Both the position numbers and the translations under genes were made by a program. A stretch of 64,000 bases of DNA from contig NC_083240.1 in assembly GCF_032191835.1 (NCBI RefSeq), positions 21,700,001 through 21,764,000 on the forward strand, read 5' to 3'. The stretch comes from Heteronotia binoei. Its lineage: Eukaryota. Under the pieces are notes generated by a model. The model saw nothing but the letters and a program-made list of their open reading frames with translations, had not been told where the DNA came from and made no database searches. This document shows, in pieces, positions 45,039 through 56,099 of the stretch (positions are counted from its first letter, which is position 1; each line of letters begins with the position of its first letter).

Positions 45039-46174
45039 GTGGCGTGTGGAGTAACGTCCTAACTAGGGATTTTCTTTGGGTGTTGCAAAAGCATTCCTGA
45101 TGGAAAATAAAGGCACCTAAGAGAGGAAATGTTATTACCAGAGATGGTCACAGCAGTATAAGTTTGCTGTTATATTGGGGTGGGGGGTGCAGGAGAAAGG
45201 CAGATTTTTGGGCCACATGGATTGGATCTTAAGGGGCAGCAGGATTGGGGTTTATGGAATTGTTGCATGTTCAGTGGAGATCCCACATGGGTCTTTGGGG
45301 AGGCCTTTCCTAATTCCTCCATTTTCTGCAGAGCACTTGCTCACTGCAGAGGAGCCTGGAAGATGGGAGTCCTCTCAATAGAATCATAGAGTTGGAAGGG
45401 ACCTCTAAGGTCATCAAGTTTTCATGGGGCCCTGTGGAGCTCCGTATGAACTGAGAACATGTCCTAGTAGGAACCTGAATGTATTGCCAGGGAAGATCAG
45501 TAATGGCAGGCAAGCTGGCTTCCAGGTAGGTTGATGAACTTTCAATGCAGAGCTCCTACTAACCTTCCAGTAGGTTCTCAGTTGGAAGCTGCTGCATCCA
45601 GCAGAGATCAGCAATTGAACACCATCAGTTGAAAGCTGCTAGTGATTCCACACAATTAATTTGTATGCAATTATTCATATTTGGATGGCTGTGGTAGATG
45701 ATTCCCAGATCATGTGGAGTACTTGCAGCCCTGGATATCAGTTCAGTTTTTGTTATCTGTGCCAGAAGTCACAGATAACAGTGGAATATCTGTTAAAAGG
45801 TTTATTTAAAGGCAACATCCATGTCTTGCAGATTCGACTAAGCATAGGCCACCCCAACGTAGCTGCTATTAAAATAATTCACAACATGTGATACTCAGCA
45901 AAGCTAGCGTGAGGTTTAAAAGTGCCCAAACGAAGCTGCTCGCTTAAGTAACACTCTCTGACTTTACTGTCCAGTAAAAGAAAGCAGGCTTGTGTGGCAC
46001 TGGCCAGGGTTTTTTTAACCTTTCAGCAAGAGGTGGAATTTATTTAATTAAAACTGACATGCAAATAGGGCATTTTAAAAGCTGACACACAGGATTTTCT
46101 TTTGCATTTAAGAGCACACTTGAGTGGAATGTAACTTAACACAAATCCAGTTAAACAAAAATCCAACATTTATT

Positions 46175-46295
46175 CCAGACATATCTGAAGAACTGAGCTC
46201 TAACTCATGAAAGCTCATGCTGGAATACGTTTTAGTCATTAAGGTGCCACTGGATTCCTGTTTCATTCTTCTGCAACAGGCTAAAATGGCTTGTC
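46175..46295 (+). mobile_element. Penelope-like repeat with hammerhead motif
   Basis: CTGAAGA-AC-TGAG-CTCTAA-CTCA-T-GAAA-GC-TC-ATGCTGG followed by TAAGGTGCCACTGG. Confidence 0.6.
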
Positions 46296-47063
46296 TTTTA
46301 GAATTGATTTTAGACTTCTAGACTGCTCTGGTATTTAAACATAGCAAACCCTGGTGTGGTTTTGTTAATATTTACTGTATCACATTTGATGAGACTATCC
46401 TCAGCTTTAAATTTGTGTTGTGATTTGATCCATAATCATACATCATGACACACCCATACACGCATATCTCTTGAATTAAATTCTGCTACTGACTGCCAAA
46501 ATGAAGGAAGAAATATCTGCTCCAACAAAATTTCAAGAAATCTGTTTCTTGACATTAGAAAAATCCAATATTAGAAAACATAACGAAACAACCAATTCCT
46601 AAACTCTCAAAAGAGCTGGTAGCGTGCTCTGTTTGGTTCCCAGAATGGTCCTGAGGATTTCATTTTGGAAGATTTCCAAGCTGATACCTCCCAGTAAGCC
46701 TTAAACTTCAATGCTGTAAACAGTTTTGAGACGAAAGGTTTATCTCTGGAATCTTCCAGATGTGCAGAATCTGCTTCTCTTCAAACTGCTCACAAAAACA
46801 AAATGGCCACAGAAGGAACTTGCTCCAGTTTTACCTTAGTAGCTGAATGTGAATAGATCTGCACAACCCTGAATATGCACAGTGAAGTGTTCTGGCAGCT
46901 ATACAGTGTGTGCTGTTCTGGCAGGAGCACTGTAAAGTTTGCACCTCAATGTAAGGGTGCAAGCCTACCCAAAATGCTAACACACACCATCAAAAGCATG
47001 TATTTAGTCCCAGTGCTGTGTGAAAAGTAGCAATTAAAAATATAGCCCCTACTCTTGCACAGA

Positions 47064-47369
47064 AGCAGCCCCATGGCTCAGAGTGGTAAAGCAGCAGTAC
47101 TGCAGTACTGTGATCTGAACTCTCTACTCATGACCTGAGTTCGATTCCGGCGGTAGCTGGATTCAGGTAGCCAGCCCAAGGTTGACTCAGCCTTCCATCC
47201 TTCCGAGGTCGGTAAAATGAGTACCCAGCTTGCTGGGGGGAAAGTGTAAAAGACTGGGGAAGGCAATGGCAAACCACCCTGTAAAAAGTCTGCCATGAAA
47301 ACGTTGTGAAAGCAATGTCACCCCAGAGTCAGAAACAACTGGTGCTTGCACCTTTCCTTTCCTTTTCCA
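47064..47369 (+). mobile_element. Sauria SINE, full length
   Basis: 8-bp TSD tgcacaga (47056-47063 and 47370-47377). Confidence 0.88.
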
Positions 47370-47861
47370 TGCACAGATCTAACTTTAGTTGACTTTGCTC
47401 CAAAATAATGGCTATGAAATGCTGCTGTAATACAGTCTTATGGAACAGGTTTAGACCCCTGAGTCTTTAGATAAATCCCCACCCCCCAACTCTTAAAGTT
47501 CATGCTGGATCTTCTAGATCCCAACACGTTACACTAAATGCCTTTTTCAGGTAATGTTGTATTTAAAAATTCTCTGGTATAAACACTTCTCTTATTCAAG
47601 GTGGGAACCAGCGAAGTTTTTATACAAGATCCCCTAATGGAGCATTTACCAAAATACATAGGGATTTGGACCATTTAATAAAACTCTCAACCTTGCACCT
47701 TGTTCCTTTTTTCTTCTACCCACTGGTGCGGCCCATCTTCCTGTGGTATTTACTGTAAAAGCCAGATCAGTTGATGAATAATAGAAACTTTTTACCAGCA
47801 GCCATTAAAGTTTCTGTGGAAAGTACTGTGGGCCTTGAGCAGACAGTGATGCTGTCAAATC

Positions 47862-48035
47862 ACAGCTGACGTGTGGTCATGCTGTAGGGTTTTCAAGACA
47901 AGATACGTTCAGATATGGTTTTGCTATTGCCTGCCTCTGAATAGCAACCTTGGATTACCTTGGTGGTCTCCCATCCAAATACTAACCAGGGCTGACCCTA
48001 CTTAGCTTCTGAGATCGGGTTAGCCTGAGCCAGGG
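47862..48035 (-). mobile_element. 5S rRNA-derived SINE
   Basis: GGTCTCCCATCCAAATACTAACCAGGG...CTTAGCTTCTGAGATC. Confidence 0.7.
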
Positions 48036-48828
48036 CAGAGCAAGCATTATATATTGTCAAATATCTGGGAGCCAAGGGCAGATGCGGAATGTGTGCTAAT
48101 CCATTGTACATAGTGGTCAAAGTAGGTGCTGCACGTTCAAATCCGTATTTGGACATGACACTCTCTGGATGAATGTGGGCAAGACATTTGCCACCCTCAC
48201 CTACTTCACAGGGTTGTTGTGAGGGCAAAAGGCAGGGATTAACTATATATGGTACCTGAGTTCCTTGGAATCAGGTAGGGGGGAAATATAGTTTGTAATG
48301 TGCATTTGGGTTGTTGGTGTGTGTTTGGTGGGAGTTCAAGCTTGCCTATATAAAGTGGGAAAGAGCTCAGCACATGCACGTGTGCATGTAAACTCATGTT
48401 CCATTTTGATGTGGTGATTGCCTTTCTGTATGATTCTGAATGTAACCATGCTCTTTTGCAGCTACTGTGTGCATGTTTGATTTTGTATCCAAACTAAATC
48501 TGTAGTGAGCTGGGCTGTTTCTGGGCTTATGTCAGTGAAGGAGAACTGCTTAGTCTCTTGAATGTTATTCTCACATATCTATAACTGAAGAGAATTGTCA
48601 GCTATGCATAGAAGTTGAATCCTTTGTTCACCATTTTGTTTTGTTTCATAATTGTGAACAGGACTGTAGTTAGCACATGCCCCTCTGCTGTAGCAAATAA
48701 CATTTTAAATCTCTGTTTTTAAGCATGGGCAGCCATAACTGAAGATTCTCTTGTCACATCAGTAGCATAAGGTTGGACTTCTACTAGACGTGTAAAAATA
48801 ACTTGTGATGTTTTATTTTTAATTCCAG

Positions 48829-49115
48829 TGGGAAATCCAGGTGGTCCTGGGCCCTAATGACCTCCCTGCTGAAGATGAAGGCGGAGGAAAGGGGTCTCAA
48901 GAAAGAGACGAGGATTACATTCCTGGGAAGAAGAGCATGAGGACCAAAAGAAGATCTCACTTGGCCAGAAAGCCCAGTGCCTCTGAGACTGCAGGGAACA
49001 GCAACCTGCTAGAGACTGGGCTGCTTGGAAACCGCAGGGGCACTTCTGAGCCTGTCGAATGTCCCACCTGCCACAAGTCATTTCTCAGCAAATATTATCT
49101 CAAAGTGCACAATAG
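48829..49115 (+). CDS. ZBTB48: ZBTB48 coding exon 2 (WEIQVV...ZnF1 CPTCHKSFLSKYYLKVHNR); ends at a GC donor
   Basis: 287 bp; AG|gcaagt is the only phase-compatible donor. Confidence 0.9.
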
Positions 49116-49496
49116 GCAAGTCTCTGGTGCCCCCACCCTGAAGGGATGGGTGAATAATAGGGAGACGGGGCAGGACTAGGAACCTAGAAAAGGATGTATT
49201 CCTAGAACCAAGGCAGATGTAGCGATGTTTGCTGTAAAGTAGCTCATGGTGCTGATAACAAAACTAAGACTTATTGACTGTGGGAAATACAAAGGGTGAG
49301 TTCACACATTACGTGAGGGCAACTGTAGACCAGGCAACCTGAGGCCTGGTTCACACATTACATGAGAGGTTTGTAGGAGGCAATACTGGGTGAGCTTCCT
49401 TGAGAATCTGGAGAGCAACTGCTGTCTTGAGTTCTGCTTACTGTTTCTGCTGTGGCTCACACTGGCTTTGTTTTTTCTCCTCCCTCTTATTTGCAG

Positions 49497-49608
49497 GAAA
49501 CACACTGGAGAGAAGCCCTTTGAATGTTCCAAGTGTGGGAAATGCTATTTCCGGAAGGAGAACTTGCTGGAGCACGAAGCAAGAAACTGCATGAACCGTT
49601 CGGAACAG
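49497..49608 (+). CDS. ZBTB48: ZBTB48 coding exon 3 ([37 protein letters not shown])
   Basis: 112 bp. Confidence 0.96.
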
Positions 49609-50210
49609 GTACCTGGGGATGGAGGAGATGCGTCTGATCAGAGCATTCGTAAAGCTATCAAGGCTGAAACCTGAGGCTCACCTGGACAGAGAAGGATTAG
49701 TACACGTTCAGTATGGAGGGCTGGGTTGAAGTGTTGGAGATTGAGGTCTCTTCTAACCGTGCAGCTGCCAAGATAGCTTTGGGGGAGTTGCCATGTCTCA
49801 GCCTGTGGGTTGTGGGTGGGTGTGCTTAAGGTCACATGAAGTGTGGCAGTTCTAACAAGTCAAGTGAAGGTTTGGTTCTTGCTCAAAATAATCTTCTCAA
49901 AGCAGTCAGAGAGCTTTGTAAAAATTCATGTATTTGTAATAATACCCTCCATTAACTACACCATTTAAGAAATCTAGAACATGCCAAACAAGATGAAACT
50001 AGAATGTTTCTTCCTGACATGCTAACTTTTGGAAGTTTTTGATAAGTAGGAGGTTATGACTCCATCCCCCTTTTGCTGAGGTGTTATGGTTCCAGACAGA
50101 AAGCAACTGCACAATTTTTCCTTCTGAATGTGTAGACCTCTCTGAGTGCTCTAATGAAGTGGCTATTTCAAGTAACACCTTTTGTAACTCCCAGCTTCTT
50201 TTCTCTTCAG

Positions 50211-50303
50211 GTTTTCACCTGTTCTGTCTGCCAGGAGGTGTTCAAGAGGCGGCTGGAGCTGCGGCTGCACATGGTGTCCCACACAGGAGAGATGCCTTAT
50301 AAG
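50211..50303 (+). CDS. ZBTB48: ZBTB48 coding exon 4 ([11 protein letters not shown]...HTGEMPYK)
   Basis: 93 bp. Confidence 0.96.
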
Positions 50304-50659
50304 GTTAGCCTGCCCTGCCCTTGAGCATGTACTTGGCTGTGACTCTTATCACTGGGTGGGCTGAGGGATCTTGGGGAAACAGCTGGTGCTGCTTTGCAAG
50401 GACGCTGTGTCCAGGAGACATCTTGGGCTGCTTGTTTAGCTTCCTCTGTGTAGCAGTGGTGCCAGGTGCCCTCCCTGTTAAGGCTGGCAAGCAAGTGACA
50501 CACACACACTGTTTGGGCAGCTGGGCCTTGTGTTCTGGTTCTGAATAGAACTTGAGCTTGGCAAGTGAGGTTTGGTTTCAGCACACCCAAAACGTTTTTT
50601 TTGGGGGGGGAGGGGGGAAGAGTGGTTGACCCCAAACATGTCTTACACTTTCAGTTCCT

Positions 50660-51230
50660 TTTCTTTTTAAAATTTTTCCAGATTTTATTCTAGTAATATT
50701 AAAGTACATATAGAAGTGATATTGGCATAACCAAACAAAATAATAGAGGCAGTAGGTTTCAAAAGCATATATGGTACAGTGCTTTAGCTATCAACTATTA
50801 AACATTAAGGACATGGAACTATAACACCTTTGAGAGAAGGGAACATATAGTGTTTTGAGGATTTTGGAGGTAATTCAGGCTACCTTAGAAAAACACATAC
50901 TCAGTTAAAATAAAAAGGAGATACTGAGATTAAGATTGTGTAGGGAACGTTAACCTACATAGGTCTCAACAGCCAAACGTGCTTCAAAGGTAAAGGCATT
51001 TATGATCATTCGTATTAGATGGTAGAAGATCCCGATCTTCCATATAATGTAGCCCAGGTGAGGACAAATTTAGAATAAACTTTGTGGGGTAAAGCAGCTT
51101 CTTTGGGAATCCCCAATGGTGTGTTTGGTGTAGTTTAAGTCCCCTGCTATTCTCTCTTAGCTTCAATTCAATTGCAATATAGGGATAAAACAGGTCTGCC
51201 TTTCAGGGCCATTTTAAGTGTTACTAAATA
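50660..51230 (-). mobile_element. Old L1/Tx1-like LINE 3' fragment
   Basis: Degenerate AKRxIAGxW-like and KFxLTW-like remnants; AT-rich tail. Confidence 0.4.
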
Positions 51231-51425
51231 AAGCATCTTGGGTTTTCAGAAAAGACATATGTAAATGATAAACAGTAGTTTTCATTCAGATGAAAAACTT
51301 ACAGCATCTGGGGGAAGGGATGACTCCTACATTGTGTTTCCATTTAAAAGAAAAGAGAAGACATATCTGAATTTTAAAACATCTGCTTGGACAACAAAAA
51401 TCAGCCACATTGGTCTGAAGCAGTA

Positions 51426-51742
51426 GAACCAAGTAGGAGTCAAGTATCACCTTTAAGACCAACAAAGTTTTATTCAGAATGTAAGCTTTTATATGCATAC
51501 ATCTTCAGACGAGGGGATAAGGTACAGTGGGCTGAAATACATGTAGTTGTTGGGTTAAGAGTGTAAACTGATACAAAGTTAGGGTCAAATGGCAAAATAG
51601 TGTAATAAATTGGAAGACTATTTGGTCTGGATAGCAATATCAGTTTGAATATTGTCTGAAGAAGAATACATGCATACGAAAGCTTACATTCTGAATAAAA
51701 CTTTGTTGGTCTTAAAGGTGATACTTGACTCCTACTTTGTTC
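51426..51742. mobile_element. Penelope-like element with ~85-bp inverted arms, each containing a hammerhead motif
   Basis: Arms at 51426-51510 and 51654-51742 are near-identical reverse complements around a ~145-bp spacer. Confidence 0.7.
51653..51688 (+). ncRNA. Minimal hammerhead ribozyme-like motif (probably degenerate)
   Basis: UGU-CUGAAGA-[stem II with 2 mismatches]-GAAA-GC-UU-ACA; core intact, activity untested. Confidence 0.5.
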
Positions 51743-52153
51743 AACAAAAATCAGCATCTGCTTCTCAATCCGTGTGTTGATTTCACAGGACAAAAGCAAT
51801 TTGGCACTGATAACTTATTCAGGACACAAAATTTGGCTTAAGCAAATTGTTTGCCTAGATTCTTTGCCCTGTCTTGCCAGACACAGAAGGTGCCTCCCCC
51901 TGCTCTAGCTAATGGGAATTCACTTTAATCTCTGTTTGCATGTTGAAGTTTCAACAGGTACTCCATATGCATGTCCTCACACTTGTCTCTGGAGTTATAA
52001 GTAACAGAATGTTTGCAAAAGCTGCTTGACCAGACAGTTGGCTTGTGTGCACTGAGAGGTTCTTCTGGGTCTGACTGAAACCAGCCCATAAGCATGTTAG
52101 CAAATGTCCTAGAGAGATGGCTGATGCTGATCCGTGACTCTTGTGTGTTTCAG

Positions 52154-52240
52154 TGCTCTTCCTGCATCCAGCAGTTCATGCAGAAGAAGGACCTGCAAAG
52201 CCACTTAATCAAGTTGCATGGAGCCCCCAAACCCCACGCG
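52154..52240 (+). CDS. ZBTB48: ZBTB48 coding exon 5 ([29 protein letters not shown])
   Basis: 87 bp. Confidence 0.96.
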
Positions 52241-52575
52241 GTACGCCCTGGTAGTTCCTGGAGCTGGGGAGAGTGGATTGGGTGGAGGTTAAGGTTCCAG
52301 TGTGCTGGAACAGAAAGAAAAATGGATTCTCTAGAGTTAGCATCAGGGAACCCTGAACTCTTAAGAATATTGTGGAAATGACCCGTTAACAGCAGCTATC
52401 GTTGGCCTCCTATACACAGCTTCTGTTGCATTTGCCCCCAAGTGATTCTTCAAACGCCTTAATGATGGAAGCGTAAGTATTGGTACTGAGACACAGAGCA
52501 ACAGGCTAAGCGGTCGTACCTCTGCCTGTGACAGGAAACTAATTCTGGTCCTCCTTTTGCTCTTCCTCCCAACAG

Positions 52576-52730
52576 TGCTCTGCATGTTCCAAGTGCTTCC
52601 TGTCTCGGACAGAACTCCGCCTACATGAAGCCTTCAAGCATCGTGGGGAGAAGCTGTTTGTCTGCGAAGAGTGTGGTCACAGGGCCTCAAGTCGCAATGG
52701 TTTGCAGATGCACATCAAAGCCAAGCACAG
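52576..52730 (+). CDS. ZBTB48: ZBTB48 coding exon 6 ([14 protein letters not shown]...HIKAKHR)
   Basis: 155 bp. Confidence 0.96.
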
Positions 52731-52849
52731 GTACACAAGGAACCTCTGATCTTTCTCTTTTTCTGTGCCTTTGTGATTAGCAGGTGTGTTCAGGTGTGAC
52801 TAGTCCCCCCCCCTTTCTCTCTTCCCTCCAACCCCTCCCTCCCCGGCAG

Positions 52850-52986
52850 GAACGAGCGGCCCTATGTGTGTGAGTTCTGCCACCACGCCTTCACCCAAAA
52901 GGCCAACCTCAACATGCACCTTCGTACCCACACCGGAGAGAAACCCTTCCAGTGCCATCTCTGCGGCAAGACATTCCGCACACAAG
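52850..52986 (+). CDS. ZBTB48: ZBTB48 coding exon 7 ([14 protein letters not shown]...CGKTFRTQ)
   Basis: 137 bp. Confidence 0.96.
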
Positions 52987-53342
52987 GTACAAGTGCTAGG
53001 TGACCCTCTGCCAGGTGATCAGGGCTTTATTTAGCCCTTGAGGCCTGGAGTCCTCCCTCAATCACTGAGGGCTTGAAGAAGTAGGTGATGGGAGCAGAAT
53101 GTTAGGGTTAAAGTGACAGGGTTCCTCCCCCCACCCCGTTGTCACTGCTTTGGAGACATCTGATTGGGGGCAGGGTTAGGGAGCGGAGCAAAGTGTACTG
53201 CAGCTGCTTCTGCTTATGAGGGGTTGGCTTAGAATCTGAGTTGCAGGGGAGGGGGGACAGTGTTAGACCAACCTGAGTAATTTCGGCCAGTTCTGAAAGG
53301 CCCTTTCACTTTTCTGTCTTCTGTTTGGGGTTTTCTTGTTAG

Positions 53343-53507
53343 CAAGCCTGGATAAACACAACCGGACCCACACAGGCGAGCGCCCCTTCAGCTGTGAGTT
53401 TTGCGGCCAAAGGTTCACGGAGAAAGGTCCGCTGCTGAGACACATCGCCAGCCGGCACCAGGAGGGGAGGCCCCACTTCTGTCAGATCTGTGGGAAAACT
53501 TTTAAAG
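53343..53507 (+). CDS. ZBTB48: ZBTB48 coding exon 8 ([16 protein letters not shown]...CGKTFK)
   Basis: 165 bp. Confidence 0.96.
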
Positions 53508-53940
53508 GTAATGTCAAGAGGGAGGCTCGGAACAGGGAAGGGCAGGAGTCAGAAGCTGTTTCTGGCCTCAGTTCCTTTTAAAAAATTTGCCTGTGGTGTG
53601 CTGGCAAAAGAAAGCAGGGTGCAGAAGATGGTGACTCTCCTTGGCTAGACAAACTGGGGGGAGACCAAACTTCACTGGCACTGCTAGTACCGCTAGGGTG
53701 AGCCTCAGTCCTGGTTAGCAGCTCCACAGGTCCAAAAGGCAACAATGGGCATGATTTGTGCTTGTTGCTTCCTTCCTCCTGCTCCTGCTCAAGGGCATGC
53801 CTTGATTGCTGGGGTTGAAAATTGGCCTGCTTGCCCCGATCAGACTGTGTGTTGGGGGTTGCTTAGCTCTGTTGTTGGGCAACCTTGATGTAATAGGAAA
53901 CGGGGGACTGCTGGCAGCAGAATGATGCTACTTTCTAGAG

Positions 53941-54204
53941 CAGGAGTGGCCAACCTTGCTTAATGTAAGAACCACATAGAATAAATGTTAGATGTTTGAG
54001 AGCCACAAGACACAAATATCAGATCTTTGAGAGCCGCAAGACAGGAAGGAGGGAAGAAAGCAAATAGATGGGTGGAGGGAGAGAGAGGTAGAAAGAAAGC
54101 AACTTTAACTTTAAATACATTCTCCAAGCTGCCGGCCAGTGGGGTGGTGGGGGCTTTGAGAACCACACAATATGTGCGAAAGAGCCAGAGTTTGGCCAAC
54201 TGTG
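53941..54204. mobile_element. hAT-type MITE
   Basis: TIR CAGGAGTGGCCAA / TTGGCCAACTGTG. Confidence 0.6.
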
Positions 54205-54520
54205 CTCTATAAGAGAGCCTTTGTCCTGATTGAGACCTAGGAATGAGTTTGGGAAACCTCTCCTTGATGGGGCAGGAAGGAGATGGGAGCAGAATCCCAC
54301 ATGCAAGAGGCGGAGTCTCAGTGGGTCAAGTAGCAGGACCGGCATGAACCTGAGACCTTGGAGAGCTGGTGCCTGTCAGAGTAAATAGCAGCAACTTGTC
54401 TTGGGAGTGAGGCGGCTTCCTGTCTGCTCCAACTTCATTGTGGAGTAACACAGCAAGGCTCAGGCAGGGCTTCCTTTGGGCAGCTGCATAACGGCCCCCT
54501 CCTGGTCTTTACTTTCTCAG

Positions 54521-54609
54521 CTGTGGAGCAGTTGCGTGTCCACGTTCGCAGGCACAAAGGAGTGAGGAAATTTGAATGCACGGAATGCGGCTACAAGTTC
54601 ACACGACAG
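54521..54609 (+). CDS. ZBTB48: ZBTB48 coding exon 9 ([30 protein letters not shown])
   Basis: 89 bp. Confidence 0.96.
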
Positions 54610-54664
54610 GTATGCAGTGTGTGTGCTGACTCAGAATGGCTATTCCTTGACTTTGCAATAGAGA

Positions 54665-55195
54665 AGAGTAAGGGTCCAGGAGTAACTTAGACTAACAAAA
54701 TTTGTGGCAGGTGTGAGCTTTCATGAGTCACTGCTCACTTTGTCAGATACCAGGTTCCAAATGGTAACTGAAGAAGTGAGCAGGGACTCATGAAAGCTCA
54801 TAAAGGTAAAGGTAGTCCCCTGTGCAAGCACCAGTCGTTTCCAACTCTGGGGTGGTTGCTTTCACGACGTTTTCACGGCAGACTTTTTACGGGGTGGTTT
54901 GCCATTGCCTTCCCCAGTCATCTACCCTTCCCCCCCCCAGCAAGCTGGGTACTCATTTTAACAACCTCGAAAGGATGGAAGGCTAAGTCAACCTCAAACC
55001 GGCTACCTGAACCAGCTTCCGCTGGGATCGAACTCAGGTCATGAACAGAAAGCTTCGATTGCAGTTGCAGCTTTACCACTCTGTGCCACAGGGCTGCTAT
55101 GAAAACTCATATTCTGCCACAAATTTTATTGGCCTTTAAGGTGCTTCTGGACTCTTGCTCTTTTATGCTGCTACAGACCAACATGGCTACTCGTC
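54665..55195. mobile_element. Penelope-like inverted hammerhead pair interrupted by a Sauria SINE
   Basis: Left arm on minus at about 54665-54750; right arm 54763-54801, resuming at 55111. Confidence 0.65.
54802..55098 (-). mobile_element. Sauria SINE, full length
   Basis: 12-bp TSD atgaaagctcat / atgaaaactcat; antisense (ACCTTT)n tail. Confidence 0.88.
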
Positions 55196-55771
55196 TTGCC
55201 TTTGCACAAAGACTAAGAGGAACAGGGGGTGCTAGGGTGGGATCCTTTCATCTCTGCCTGTTTTCTTCCAGTCCTCCTTGGTCTGGCAGCTCTTTCCCAT
55301 CGCTTTCTCTGAAATTGCCCCCCCCCCTCCAAAAAGCAAAGGTTTTCAAAAGCGGCTTCTGTGCCTACTGCTTGATATTGCAAAACCCTTTTCTAGTCAT
55401 TAAGAGCATTTTTCTTGTAATTCCTTGTAATCCTAGAGCAGCCTTGTAAAATGGGTCGGGGTAAGTCTCTAATATAGCTGCATAAGGTGGCCTTAGGCAA
55501 TCTAACACATTTTGATATGCACCCTGCGAGGTAGGTCAGGTGGAGAAAGAGTGATTGGCCTATGATCATCCAGTGAGCTTAATGGCTGAGCAGGTACTTG
55601 AACCCAGTTATCTCCCACCCAACACTCACTACTCCACCACACTGGCTTGTTCCTGTTATTTTGGGGGCCTTCCTAAGTTGTAGTTGACCTTTGATCGTGA
55701 AAGGGGGGCTGTGCCAACTCGTTTTCTATTCAGCCCCTCTCCTTTTTTCTCTCTCTCTTGTTCTTTTGAAG

Positions 55772-56062
55772 GCTCATTTGAGACGGCACATGGAAATCCA
55801 TGATCGGGTGGAGAACTACAATCCCCGCCAACGGAAGCTGCGCAACCTCATCATCGAGGACGAGAAGGCGGTGGTGGTCGCCCTGCAGCCCCCCCACATC
55901 CTGGAGGTGGGCTCCGCAGAGGTGATTGTGGAATCTCTCGGCCACACCTCCCTGGCAGAGGAGATCCCTGTGCAGAGACTCTGTTCAAATGAGAACTTCA
56001 CCTCCGCAGATATAATTGAACAATCGCTCATCATAACAATCCCCGACGACTGTGAAACGTAG
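55772..56062 (+). CDS. ZBTB48: ZBTB48 last exon ([25 protein letters not shown]...DDCET*)
   Basis: 291 bp; the ten exons total 2100 nt = 699 aa. Confidence 0.96.
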   Translation, partial: AHLRRHMEIHDRVENYNPRQRKLRNLIIEDEKAVVVALQPPHILEVGSAEVIVESLGHTSLAEEIPVQRLCSNENFTSADIIEQSLIITIPDDCET

Positions 56063-56093
56063 CAGTCATGCCTCTGTAAAGCCCCCTTTTCCC

Positions 56094-56099
56094 AATAAA
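56094..56099 (+). terminator. ZBTB48 polyadenylation signal AATAAA
   Basis: About 32 nt after the stop, followed by GT/T-rich sequence. Confidence 0.7.
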
